Shown here: piece by piece, positions 10,283-19,849 of the stretch
How positions within the stretch are numbered: position 1 is the stretch's first letter
Layout of the letters: every line of letters starts with the position of its first letter
IMG/VR virus record: IMGVR_UViG_3300028888_000101
Location: 19,476-83,475 of that record
Strand: one strand, 5' to 3'
Length of the DNA: 64,000 nucleotides
Origin: a virus
Taxonomy: Duplodnaviria; Caudoviricetes
Program-made: the position numbers and the translations under genes
The notes under the pieces: model-generated
Database searches by the model: none
What the model was told of the DNA's origin: nothing
Seen by the model: the letters and a program-made list of their open reading frames with translations, nothing else

Positions 10283-10543
10283 TGACGGATGCTCTTTCTT
10301 GTATTTATCAACAATGTCAAGACAATCTTCAAGAACAGACAGGCCTATTGGATTAACTGTCATATTAAATAGTTCAAGAACTCTGCTAACTACATCTTTA
10401 TACTTCAAGGAATATTCATAATTCGGATTCTTATCATGTACACCTTGTAAATAACCTTCTTGATAAAACTTTTGTAAAAGGGCTACCTTTTCCTTATCAT
10501 TAAAATCAATATTTTCTGCAGCCAATAGTTTCATCAAACTCAT
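10274..10543 (-). CDS. accessory hypothetical protein
   Basis: Part of a tightly packed - strand operon. Confidence 0.55.
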   Translation of the reverse strand: MSLMKLLAAENIDFNDKEKVALLQKFYQEGYLQGVHDKNPNYEYSLKYKDVVSRVLELFNMTVNPIGLSVLEDCLDIVDKYKKEHPSLF

Positions 10544-10732
10544 TTATTTAATCTCCTTCTTTACAATCTTTGGAATAAAATTATTACACCCAGCACAATA
10601 ACATTCTTCTTGTACGTTACATCTATGCAGATAAACATTATGCTCAGGAATCGCATAAATATATCCGTGCATACAATCAAAGAATCTGTCATTGTTGTTA
10701 CAGTCTATTGTCAGATATTCTTCAGGTTTCAT
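10544..10732 (-). CDS. Cys-rich accessory protein
   Basis: 62 aa with 6 Cys; abuts neighbours. Confidence 0.5.
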   Translation of the reverse strand: MKPEEYLTIDCNNNDRFFDCMHGYIYAIPEHNVYLHRCNVQEECYCAGCNNFIPKIVKKEIK

Positions 10733-10741
10733 ACGCTCTCC

Positions 10742-10933
10742 TTAAAGATGTTGTGCAAGTAAATAAATACGATTACCTCTGATTGCAAGTCCAACATCAC
10801 AACCAAACTTTTCATATTTAACTTCTTCATTGTTCACATCTGATAAATCAGCAATAGGAACAAACACTGTATTTTTTGGATTTTCTCTTTGTAACATTCT
10901 GATTAAATCTTCAACTGTAATTGGTTCGTGCAT
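10742..10933 (-). CDS. accessory hypothetical protein
   Basis: AGGAG RBS; operon packing. Confidence 0.55.
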   Translation of the reverse strand: MHEPITVEDLIRMLQRENPKNTVFVPIADLSDVNNEEVKYEKFGCDVGLAIRGNRIYLLAQHL

Positions 10934-11311
10934 TTATTTATCCTCCTTTGGAAGTTCTGGAAGCTTTTCTAAATATCTCCAAGCATAAATCTTTCCAAAA
11001 ATATCTACCCTTTTCCAACCAACAGGTTCTTTAGAATCCCAAAATATGAAATCAGTTCCGTTAAAACAACAATCCATTTTACAAGGATTGTCATAAGCAT
11101 TAAGATAGGCAACGGTAACATTTATATTACCAAACTTTACATCTGGTAAATCCCCATCTTTTACATAGTGCCATTCGTTAGCCTTGTTATAACCAAACTT
11201 TGCACCTTTAATGAAAATATCTGTAACTTCCTTTTTCCTTTCTTCTTCTCCAATATTCAATGTAACAGGATAAGTTTTGTAATAATATTCTTCTGCTTCT
11301 TTCTCAAACAT
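10934..11311 (-). CDS. DUF551-like accessory protein
   Basis: EWHYVKDGDLP...AWRYLEKLP pattern. Confidence 0.6.
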   Translation of the reverse strand: MFEKEAEEYYYKTYPVTLNIGEEERKKEVTDIFIKGAKFGYNKANEWHYVKDGDLPDVKFGNINVTVAYLNAYDNPCKMDCCFNGTDFIFWDSKEPVGWKRVDIFGKIYAWRYLEKLPELPKEDK

Positions 11312-11650
11312 AGTTACTCCTTAAATTAGATTCTCCAACAACCTTTTACAGTCATCGCAAAGAATAACTGATATTATAGGTCTGTTATCAATATCAGTAA
11401 CCTTTATGTAGGTAAACTTTTCTTTATTTTTTGGTTCTTTGAAACACGATTGACAATGCCTTAATGCTATACGTTCGGTTTCTATCAACATATCCTTACT
11501 CCTTCGGTTGTGAACTAAGTTTTCTAAGCTTATTTTTGTAGTACATAATTCTGAATGGACGTAAAAATATATCCCAAGACCAATGGGGTTTTCTTAGGTA
11601 CTTCAAATATTTTTCACAAAGTGATATTTCTACCTGTTTTTCGTATTCTG

Positions 11651-12367
11651 TCATTTCTCCACCTCGCAATCTTTAAGGAATTGCTCTGCTTCCACTCTTA
11701 CTCTCAAAACTTCACTGCAATTTGGTAAAAGGTTTAGAACATCTGAATTACAAGACGTTATCAACAATCTTTCAAGAAGTTCCTTTGCTTTGGTGAGTTG
11801 TTTATCTGCAATTTCTTTATTAGCCTTGTTCGTATACATCTGCATTGTAACTGCGTCTTGTGTATCTAGATTTTTCTTTTTCAATTTTGCATTTTCTTCT
11901 CGCAACTGTTTTTCAACCTTTTCACTCATAGCCATAGCAAACTTTCTAGCGTCATTGTCTGCTTTCAGTTCTGCGTTTTCTTTCAAGACTTCTTCTGCCT
12001 TATCCATAGCACTTTTCAAATCTGGAAAACGTTTATAAACTCCTTCATACTTGATAAGTAAGCCCATTATCTGCTTTTCAAAACCTTCGTTTCTGCCTTT
12101 AAGTAAAGTATTTTCCTTTTCAAGTTCCCAATAAGGTTTCTTGTTTCTGAAAGCATCATTTATTTGTTGTCTTACGTGTTCACCAGCCTTGTCTATTGCG
12201 TCTAACTCTGCTTTCTGTCTTGCATTTTCCTGCTCAAGTTCTGCAACATCTTTTTGAATTGCAGAAAACCACATTTTTTCAAATCGACTTAATGTGTGAT
12301 ACATTGGAAAACAAGCCCCACAACCTTTATATCGCAAAGCAAAATCTTCATATTCGTCTTTAGTCAT
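11651..12367 (-). CDS. coiled-coil accessory protein
   Basis: Repeated ENAELK-type heptads; QLTKAKELL motif. Confidence 0.6.
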   Translation of the reverse strand: MTKDEYEDFALRYKGCGACFPMYHTLSRFEKMWFSAIQKDVAELEQENARQKAELDAIDKAGEHVRQQINDAFRNKKPYWELEKENTLLKGRNEGFEKQIMGLLIKYEGVYKRFPDLKSAMDKAEEVLKENAELKADNDARKFAMAMSEKVEKQLREENAKLKKKNLDTQDAVTMQMYTNKANKEIADKQLTKAKELLERLLITSCNSDVLNLLPNCSEVLRVRVEAEQFLKDCEVEK

Positions 12368-12382
12368 TTTTCTTTTATCTCC

Positions 12383-12907
12383 TTATTCCTTATCTAAAAG
12401 ACCCTTTATATGCTCACTAGAAGTATGACACCAAATTCTTTCACCGTCTTCATATTCAGCCACAACTCCAATATCTAAAGTCGTACCAAACATCGTTGTC
12501 TTTGGAGCTGTTAAAGTTGCGTAACCTATAATTCTCAATTTATGCTCTTTTAGATTTGAAGCCATTTCAGCTAAGTTTCCAGCACAAAGCCAAGAGTTCC
12601 ACATTTCGTGGTAGCCGTCTACTTGACCTAAATTGTGACTTAGTGCTTCCTTTATTTCTTGGATAGTATCTTTATATTTTTCTTGTAATTCTTCATTTGT
12701 TAAAGCAACGCTGAACATATAATCAGACGCATTTTTTAATGAAGTTCCCCAGCTAAGTTTTACGGTGTTATTCTTTATTGCAACAACATCTTGAGTACAA
12801 TAAGAGGTTGTGTTTCCTTTTTTATACCCTTGTATTTCCATTCCGATTCTCAATTCCGATAATGTGATATATTTTGTTTCTCTACTCATTTTTCTTTTAT
12901 CTCCCAT
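12383..12907 (-). CDS. accessory hypothetical protein
   Basis: 174-aa ORF overlapping the upstream gene. Confidence 0.55.
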   Translation of the reverse strand: MGDKRKMSRETKYITLSELRIGMEIQGYKKGNTTSYCTQDVVAIKNNTVKLSWGTSLKNASDYMFSVALTNEELQEKYKDTIQEIKEALSHNLGQVDGYHEMWNSWLCAGNLAEMASNLKEHKLRIIGYATLTAPKTTMFGTTLDIGVVAEYEDGERIWCHTSSEHIKGLLDKE

Positions 12908-13416
12908 TTCTCTAAGTTACAGTTATATCCATAACCCGAACCTAAAACACAGAAACATTCATTGTCATTATAATTTTTGCAATTTGCACAATTTCTCATT
13001 TTCTCAATCTGTGCTTCAAGGTCGGCAATTCTTCTTGAATCTCTACATTGTCCGTAGGCTTCAAAGTGTTCAACTATTTTACCTTCTTTAGCCTGTTTGA
13101 GTTCTGCGTTTTCCTTACTCAGCTTAGCCATTTGTTCTACAACTTTTCTTCTTCCGTTCCTTAGTCCGTTTTCATAACAGCCAGCACCATAGTCTTTCAT
13201 AGATTCTCGTAAGGCTTTCAGTTCGTCTGTAAGTTCTCCGTTCTGTTTCTGCAAGGCTCGTATCTGTTCTGCGTCTATCTGTATCTGCTTTTCTCTTGGC
13301 TCTGCACCTGCAAGATAACCATTCATATAAATCAACTCATCTTCGTGAGTATGTGCAATACAAAATGCTTTCTTTGAACTTTCTTCTGCTTCTTTTTCAA
13401 GTTCTTCTTTTGTCAT
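12886..13416 (-). CDS. coiled-coil accessory protein with C-terminal Cys cluster
   Basis: MTKEELEKEAEE start; NCANCK...CFC...C. Confidence 0.6.
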   Translation of the reverse strand: MTKEELEKEAEESSKKAFCIAHTHEDELIYMNGYLAGAEPREKQIQIDAEQIRALQKQNGELTDELKALRESMKDYGAGCYENGLRNGRRKVVEQMAKLSKENAELKQAKEGKIVEHFEAYGQCRDSRRIADLEAQIEKMRNCANCKNYNDNECFCVLGSGYGYNCNLEKWEIKEK

Positions 13417-13683
13417 TCCTTATTTTCCTTATTCCAATAATGAATTACTAAACAAATTATTAATGCCAATACTCCACCTACTATGTAGGCTATTGCTTCT
13501 GCTTTACTCATTACCTATCTCCCCATATTTTAGTCAAAAGTTTGAAATAAACGATAATTTCTATAATGCAAATAGGAATGTATATTTTCCAAGGCATATA
13601 TTCAGGATTGATGTATCCTGTCAGATTGCAAATTATCCATACGATACTACTAATCATAATCATCCTCTACCTTAATATTAGAA

Positions 13684-14046
13684 TTAATAGCCGTAGTGGA
13701 AAACCACAATATCTTCCCAATCATCTGTAGTAAACGATTTCAAGAGATTAATTGCCATTTCAGTTCTGCGATAATGTTCTTCAGTTTCACATTTGTAAAG
13801 AACCTTGAGAAGTTTTCTTACTGATGTGTAGCGAAGTACCTCACCGTATTTATCGTCTGAAACAGTTTCACCATCCAAGTAAATGTATTTGTTTTCTCCA
13901 AGTTCATTTTCAAATGTTTCAGCTATTGGAAAGAAACTGTCTGGCATTCCACAAAGATTTAATGTTGCAATAGTTTCTCCAAAAGAATCTATTGATGTGT
14001 CATAACTCCACTTCTTAACAACTACCAATTTTGATTCGTAACCCAT
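13684..14046 (-). CDS. hypothetical early protein
   Basis: AGGAGG RBS within the conserved early leader. Confidence 0.65.
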   Translation of the reverse strand: MGYESKLVVVKKWSYDTSIDSFGETIATLNLCGMPDSFFPIAETFENELGENKYIYLDGETVSDDKYGEVLRYTSVRKLLKVLYKCETEEHYRRTEMAINLLKSFTTDDWEDIVVFHYGY

Positions 14047-14049
14047 AAT

Positions 14050-14114
14050 CTGCCTCCTAAAGCATTTATTTAGTATAACTATAATATACAGTAAAACATC
14101 TATGATGTAAAGGA
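14050..14114 (-). promoter_or_regulatory. early promoter/leader cassette, copy 1
   Basis: TTTACA-N17-TATATT...AGGAGG; 57/65 nt identical to 57978-58042. Confidence 0.75.
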
Positions 14115-14308
14115 TAAATCAAAGAAAATCTCCATTAAAATTAAATATTTTACATAAAGGAGTTATTCAATGGATATAGTTGAAAACGACTTCAATGTTG
14201 TACAAGATGATACTTCGTATTTGGCGGTTTCAGAAGTGAAAGAAGATGTATATGATTCTTCACTTTCTGTTATCGCAGAAGAATTTAAATACATGGAGAT
14301 TTTTGAAG

Positions 14309-15331
14309 ATGATTAGATTAAACAATACCCCTAACGAAGGTTCTACTGTAAAGGTAAATCTCGGATTCCGTGATAGTGCCGGACAGTATTATATTCCTGC
14401 AAAGATTACCTATACATTCCTTGCATTAAATAACGATAAGGAAAGCTGGTCTGTAGTGGATAATCTTTATGAGGTTGCACTTACACCGGCAAGTTCAGTT
14501 ACTCTTACTATTCCTGATGTAAAGACAATTACAGGAACAACACTTTCAAGAAAGGTTATGATATATTGGGATGCTTTTGTAGATAATCAGTACAGCAGCT
14601 TTACTGATGAAATTACCTTTGATATCGCTCCAAAGCCATACATTCCAAATCCACCTTCACCACAACCTCAGCCGCAGATATATGTTGAAATCACAGACAT
14701 TCAACTTCAAATTGGAACTTTATCGACAGCTCCTGTAAATCCTGTATTTTTGCTTAAAACAAATCTTCCTGTGAATATTACGCAGGCTGTCTGTAGAGTT
14801 ATCGACAATGAACAGAATGAAATACCATGCACTATTTCTGTTTCTACTTCAGGTGCTAATCTTACCGTTGAACCTGATGCTTTGTTGAGTTATAACAAAC
14901 CGTATAAACTTGCAATAGTAGGTCTTAAATCAACAATTAATGAATATGAAATGAGAGAAAGATATGAATGTAATTTCGTAACGCAAAGCGAAAATTCACT
15001 TCATATTCCTCTTATTCAGGAGATTAAAGAAATATCAATTGTTGAAAACGGAACGTCTATCATCGAACCTGATGAAGGATATGACGGTATAAAACAGACT
15101 ATTGTAAGAACAGAAGTTCCTGAAAATCCAATACTTCTTTTTGCTTATCAGGGAACATCAATGTTTTATTTTACAAAAGAAATTACTATTACAGGAGTAT
15201 ATAAGATGTTTGTTCATTCACTTGAATCTTCACTTATAGATGTTACTGTAGAAAATGATAACATTAGTTTTGAATATAACGGTAATACCGAACACGTAAT
15301 CAGAAATAGTGGTATGGATATTATGAAATAG
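14309..15331 (+). CDS. virion-associated protein with Ig-like domain
   Basis: Beta-rich domains separated by a PNPPSPQPQP linker; Ig-like (SbsA/Big_5-type) middle; EPDEGYDG motif; probable start 14309. Confidence 0.5.
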   Translation: MIRLNNTPNEGSTVKVNLGFRDSAGQYYIPAKITYTFLALNNDKESWSVVDNLYEVALTPASSVTLTIPDVKTITGTTLSRKVMIYWDAFVDNQYSSFTDEITFDIAPKPYIPNPPSPQPQPQIYVEITDIQLQIGTLSTAPVNPVFLLKTNLPVNITQAVCRVIDNEQNEIPCTISVSTSGANLTVEPDALLSYNKPYKLAIVGLKSTINEYEMRERYECNFVTQSENSLHIPLIQEIKEISIVENGTSIIEPDEGYDGIKQTIVRTEVPENPILLFAYQGTSMFYFTKEITITGVYKMFVHSLESSLIDVTVENDNISFEYNGNTEHVIRNSGMDIMK

Positions 15332-15373
15332 AATTTATATATTTAGTATTAACTATTTCCAACAGAGATGTTG

Positions 15374-15423
15374 AAGACTTCCCCTGAGTGTTGCCGCACG
15401 TTGAAAGGGAAGTCTTTTTTTTT
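15374..15423 (+). terminator. terminator between convergent genes
   Basis: AAGACTTCCC/GGGAAGTCTT stem, 23-nt loop, long T-tract. Confidence 0.7.
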
Positions 15424-16183
15424 ATTTCTTTAATCTGCCTGGAACAAAACCTTCAGGGCGGGTTCTTGCTCGAATATTTATTTTACCGTTATTGAAGAAT
15501 TTTAATCCTTTAATGGATTCACCTTGTTTCTTTAATTTGGATTTAAGCTGACCTGGTACAAATCCAATAGGACAAGTTTTAGCCATGACTTGTTCTTCAC
15601 CGTTTGTAAACCAATGAAGACCGTAACTACCTATTTTAGAAAAATCTCCAATTCTTCCGGGTTTGAAACCTGGTGGACATTCCTCACAGAATTTTTCAAT
15701 AGTTCCGTTATTATACCAATGACTTCGTTTACATCTTTTGGACATATTGTTTTTAGTTGCTTTAGTAAAATTAAGTCTACCTGGAATATATCCTTCAGGA
15801 CATTCTTTTGCTTTTATAGATTCGATACCATTATTAAACCATTTGTACTCAGCCATTTTCTGTTTTTGGCTATCTGATTTAGCTTTATTTTTGAAAGTTT
15901 TAGAGGTTGTATCTCGTCTATCAGGTAACATCATGTGCAGTTTTAGATGTTCAGTATGAGTTAAGAAAATAAATTCATTAGCCGGTCTATTATAATATAA
16001 ACCCAATTCATTTAATTGCGTTGGAGATAATGTATTTTCTCTAAGAGAGCCATCCCTATTATGTGTTTCTAATCTATGATGACAATGCCATATCTGAGTA
16101 TTATCTTTAATCGCTTTGTCATAATTTTCTATCAAAGAAACATTTTCACAGCAATATTCTTTTAATGTATTTTCACTAATCAT
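15422..16183 (-). CDS. HNH-type homing endonuclease-like protein with W(F/Y)xNG...CP.G repeats
   Basis: WHCHHRLETH...RPA.E.IFLT..EH..LH N-terminal domain; 4 C-terminal WxNNG-type repeats; paralog of 35272-36333. Confidence 0.7.
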   Translation of the reverse strand: MISENTLKEYCCENVSLIENYDKAIKDNTQIWHCHHRLETHNRDGSLRENTLSPTQLNELGLYYNRPANEFIFLTHTEHLKLHMMLPDRRDTTSKTFKNKAKSDSQKQKMAEYKWFNNGIESIKAKECPEGYIPGRLNFTKATKNNMSKRCKRSHWYNNGTIEKFCEECPPGFKPGRIGDFSKIGSYGLHWFTNGEEQVMAKTCPIGFVPGQLKSKLKKQGESIKGLKFFNNGKINIRARTRPEGFVPGRLKK

Positions 16184-16260
16184 ATAATATAATTATAGAA
16201 TTTTATCTACACCTATACTTTTATATATTTTAGTAAATCTATATTAATGGAGGATGCCGT

Positions 16261-17964
16261 ATGTTTAAGTACGAACTCAATTACACCAATCTCATCCATT
16301 TGTCAAAAGTAAAGGTTAATGAGAAAAAGCTCAAGTTAACACTATATTTCGATGGAAAGATTGAAAATCAGGTTTTCGCTAATCAGAGCGATTTTGATGA
16401 TGCTGTTGCAGAACTCGAAGACAAAGGACTTCTGCTCATTGGAGAAACATGGTACAATGTTGACCGTCTTTCTATCGTAGAACCAAATGCTAAAACAATC
16501 CGCTTTAACTTTATCGGTAACGTTACTATTACTCATGAGTATGCAGACGTATCAGAAGTTGAAGATGTTATTGCATTTATCGAAGGCGGATTTGTTGAAA
16601 TTAATGGTAAGTGGTATCAGGGTAAACAGATTCACGTTGCTATGACTAACCCTAACACACTCACAATCAACTATGACTTCCTTGGTATGGATATGTTCCC
16701 TGTAACATACGAAGACCAGGCAGCATTTGAAGACGCCCTTGATAAGATTGCTGAAATTGCAGAAGGTGGCGGTTCAGGTCCTTCTACAAAGAAAGTTGCT
16801 ACTCCAAAATTCACACCTTCCGCTGGCGGTGTACCAAGTGGAACAACTGTAACAATCACATGTTCGACAAGTGGTGCAACAATCCACTATACTACAGATG
16901 GAACAACTCCTGACGCAAGTTCTCCAACTTACTCATCTCCTATCGCAATCACAGCTGAAATAACAATCAAGGCTATCGGTGTTAAAGAAGGAATGGATAA
17001 TTCAAATGTTGGTAGTGCTCACTATACTGTTGTTCTTCCAAAGGTTGCAAATCCTGTATTTACTCCAAGTGCAGGTGAAGTAACAAGCGGAACTGAAGTA
17101 ACAATTTCTTGTGCAACTTCAGGTGCGACTATTTACTACACAACAGATGGTTCTACACCAACTGAAGATTCAACAGAATATACAGCACCTATCGCTGTTA
17201 CAGCTGCCGTAACTATCAAGGCAATTGCTGTTGCAACTGATTATCAGGATTCTTCTGTTGTTACTGCTGCTTATACAATTGGTGTTCCAACAGCTGAGGC
17301 TCCAACATTCGTTCCTAACGGTGGTGAAGTTTCTAAGGGTTCTACAGTTACTCTTTCAACAACAACTCCTGGTGGTGTAATCCATTACACAACTAACGGT
17401 TCAACACCAACAGCAAGTTCACCTGTTTACGAAGACCCTATTGTTATCAACGCTGATACAACAATCAAGGCTCTTACAATCGCAGACGGTTACAAGAACA
17501 GTTCAGTTGTAACAAAGAACTTCACAGTTCCTGCCGTAACATTGTATCGTTATATTGGCGATTACAATATGGTTGATGATGGTGAGGGTGATGTTGACCC
17601 AAGATACAAACTCACATCTGCTAATGCGTCAACTATCATTACAGGTCTTTCTTGGCTCGAAGAAAACATCTATAACGCTAATCCAAGCGAAGATGCTAAA
17701 CTTCCTGCTACTACAAGAGCGTGGGGTTCAGGTTCATCTGAGAAGACAATCCGTTCAAACTCACAGGCTGAAGTAGGTTATCAGATTATGTATGCTTATC
17801 CTGCAAGTCTTGGTGAACTTACTAAGTGTACAAACAACGGATTCGATAATACAGGTAGTTACACTCATGTAACTCTCACACTTGACGGTGAAGAATATCT
17901 CGTTTATTTCCTTACTACTCCAACAGGTAAAGAGGACCAGAACATGAGTTTGAGTTTCAACTAA
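16261..17964 (+). CDS. virion surface protein with three chitobiase/beta-hexosaminidase C-terminal (Fn3-associated, Ig-like) domains
   Basis: Three repeats of P.F.P..G.V..G..VT.S..T.GA.I.YTT.G.TP...S..Y..PI. Confidence 0.85.
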   Translation: MFKYELNYTNLIHLSKVKVNEKKLKLTLYFDGKIENQVFANQSDFDDAVAELEDKGLLLIGETWYNVDRLSIVEPNAKTIRFNFIGNVTITHEYADVSEVEDVIAFIEGGFVEINGKWYQGKQIHVAMTNPNTLTINYDFLGMDMFPVTYEDQAAFEDALDKIAEIAEGGGSGPSTKKVATPKFTPSAGGVPSGTTVTITCSTSGATIHYTTDGTTPDASSPTYSSPIAITAEITIKAIGVKEGMDNSNVGSAHYTVVLPKVANPVFTPSAGEVTSGTEVTISCATSGATIYYTTDGSTPTEDSTEYTAPIAVTAAVTIKAIAVATDYQDSSVVTAAYTIGVPTAEAPTFVPNGGEVSKGSTVTLSTTTPGGVIHYTTNGSTPTASSPVYEDPIVINADTTIKALTIADGYKNSSVVTKNFTVPAVTLYRYIGDYNMVDDGEGDVDPRYKLTSANASTIITGLSWLEENIYNANPSEDAKLPATTRAWGSGSSEKTIRSNSQAEVGYQIMYAYPASLGELTKCTNNGFDNTGSYTHVTLTLDGEEYLVYFLTTPTGKEDQNMSLSFN

Positions 17965-18024
17965 CAAATTTTTTGCCTATCTTGAAACACAGGTAGGCAA
18001 ATTTTATTTTAATGGAGGATATAA

Positions 18025-18723
18025 ATGGCTATTCCATTCAGTGATAACCTAGAATATCTCGGTCCAGACCCGGATTTTACCCGTCAGCAATATGCAACTA
18101 TTGCAGACATGAAAGCCGTAAAGAAAGGTCGTATGCCTGAGAAATATATTGGTTATTGCCTTGAAGACCGTAATTGGTATCAATACGATAAAAACAATGA
18201 AACTGATGAAGTTCTTGGCAAATGGCGACCTTTTGGTAGTGGTGAAAGTATTCAGAAAGCAGCCCTTCCTGAAGCAAGTGAAACTGAACTTGGAAAGATT
18301 TATCAGTATGTAGGAATTACCGGAACTTATACTCGTGGATTCTTCTATGAGTGTGTAGCCGAGGAACATACTACAACGGTAGATGTAACAACTGTAACTC
18401 AGTTCATCGAATTGATTTCTAACAGTGAACTTACTGTTCAGATTAAACTTGCAGATGAAAGTATTGTTGATACACCAGCTTATGAATTTGGTGGTGTATT
18501 CTATTTTATTTATGAAGATACAATCTATGGTGGTACAAAGGTTGAAGATGTAATCGTTGTTGCTGACAGTACAGCTTATACAACTGATGAACAGATTACT
18601 GCTCTTGGTATTACCTATGAATCAACTTCATATACTTATTCTTGGGATAACATTGACGTATCTTCAGGTGGTGGAACAATTGAAACTATTACTGTAGAAG
18701 AAGTTGATGAACTTTTCGAGTAG
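18025..18723 (+). CDS. fibre segment protein (MAI...-start, IT..EVD.LF-end)
   Basis: Motifs shared with neighbouring genes; see findings. Confidence 0.55.
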   Translation: MAIPFSDNLEYLGPDPDFTRQQYATIADMKAVKKGRMPEKYIGYCLEDRNWYQYDKNNETDEVLGKWRPFGSGESIQKAALPEASETELGKIYQYVGITGTYTRGFFYECVAEEHTTTVDVTTVTQFIELISNSELTVQIKLADESIVDTPAYEFGGVFYFIYEDTIYGGTKVEDVIVVADSTAYTTDEQITALGITYESTSYTYSWDNIDVSSGGGTIETITVEEVDELFE

Positions 18724-18739
18724 TCATAGGAGGAATAAA

Positions 18740-19732
18740 ATGGCTGAGAAAAAATATCTTGATTATGAAGGATTGACAGAACTTGTCGCAAAAATTAAAG
18801 AGTTTGTTGGAGATGCAGGAAAACTTGAATTCAAGGGAACTGTAATTGATGTTGCACATCTTCCAAGTGTCGCAGCTCAGAAAATCGGTTATATGTATAC
18901 CGTACAGACAGCCGGTAAAACAACTGCTGACTTTACAGATGGTGCAGGAAAAACAATTGCCGCTAACTCAGAAGTTGCAGCTGTACAGGTTGAAGGAACA
19001 ACTGAAGTGCCTGTTTATTCTGTAGATGCAGGTGCTTCTTATGTAACCGCTGACCTTCAGGCTTATACGCCAACAGGAACAATGAGTGCTGCAACAAAAC
19101 TTGCAAGTGCTTATGTAGCTGATGGAACTGAAACTCATCTTATAGACGGTACTCTTTATGTAACTGAAGATGGTGCTTCATTCTTCTCAGTAACAGCTCT
19201 TGCTGATACATTTGCAGATTTTACTAAGGTTGCAATTGATGATGAAGACGCTATCGCAGAACTTGGAACTCTCTATACAGGTGATTCTTTCAAAGACCTT
19301 AACGCTTATACAGAAACCATTACTGGAAATGTAATGATGTGGTGTCTGCTTGGACCTGTATTCGATGTAAGCAACAAACTCACATTTGGCGATGCTTTTC
19401 CAAGTAATCCTGAAAATGGTGACACATTCCTCTATATGGGACCAACTACAACAGAGGATGTTTATAATGAACTTACTCTCGAAGATGGTACAGATATTGA
19501 AGGTCTTGGATATTATCACAGAGCAACTGGTACAACAGACCCTTGGACACTTGCTTCTGAGACAACTGCCGATACAACTACATACGATTATGCAGAAAAA
19601 GAAACTGTAGAAAAGTATGTGAAAGGTGTAATCTATATTTATGATGAAACCGAAGGTGATTGGATTGCTCAGACAGCCGGAGACCAGTTTGTAGCAATTA
19701 CAACTTCTGAAGTTGATGCACTGTTTGACTAA
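18740..19732 (+). CDS. fibre segment protein (KYLD..GL-start, IT..EVD.LF-end)
   Basis: GGAGG RBS supports ATG 18740; Thr/Ala/Asp-rich. Confidence 0.55.
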   Translation: MAEKKYLDYEGLTELVAKIKEFVGDAGKLEFKGTVIDVAHLPSVAAQKIGYMYTVQTAGKTTADFTDGAGKTIAANSEVAAVQVEGTTEVPVYSVDAGASYVTADLQAYTPTGTMSAATKLASAYVADGTETHLIDGTLYVTEDGASFFSVTALADTFADFTKVAIDDEDAIAELGTLYTGDSFKDLNAYTETITGNVMMWCLLGPVFDVSNKLTFGDAFPSNPENGDTFLYMGPTTTEDVYNELTLEDGTDIEGLGYYHRATGTTDPWTLASETTADTTTYDYAEKETVEKYVKGVIYIYDETEGDWIAQTAGDQFVAITTSEVDALFD

Positions 19733-19849
19733 TCACTAAGCAAAATCTTCTAAAAACAAAATAACCGTATTCATAGCTAGTCTGTGGGTACGGTTATTTT
19801 TATATATTTTTATTATACATTCTTCAGTATTCTAAAGGAGGAAAAAGGA

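Noticed and set aside
19784-19849. N-terminal extensions of ORFs 19784, 18704, 14246 and 57721
   Set aside because: The extensions read through terminators or upstream genes; internal ATGs (19850, 18740, 14309, 57682) are better placed, and three of them have clear RBSs.
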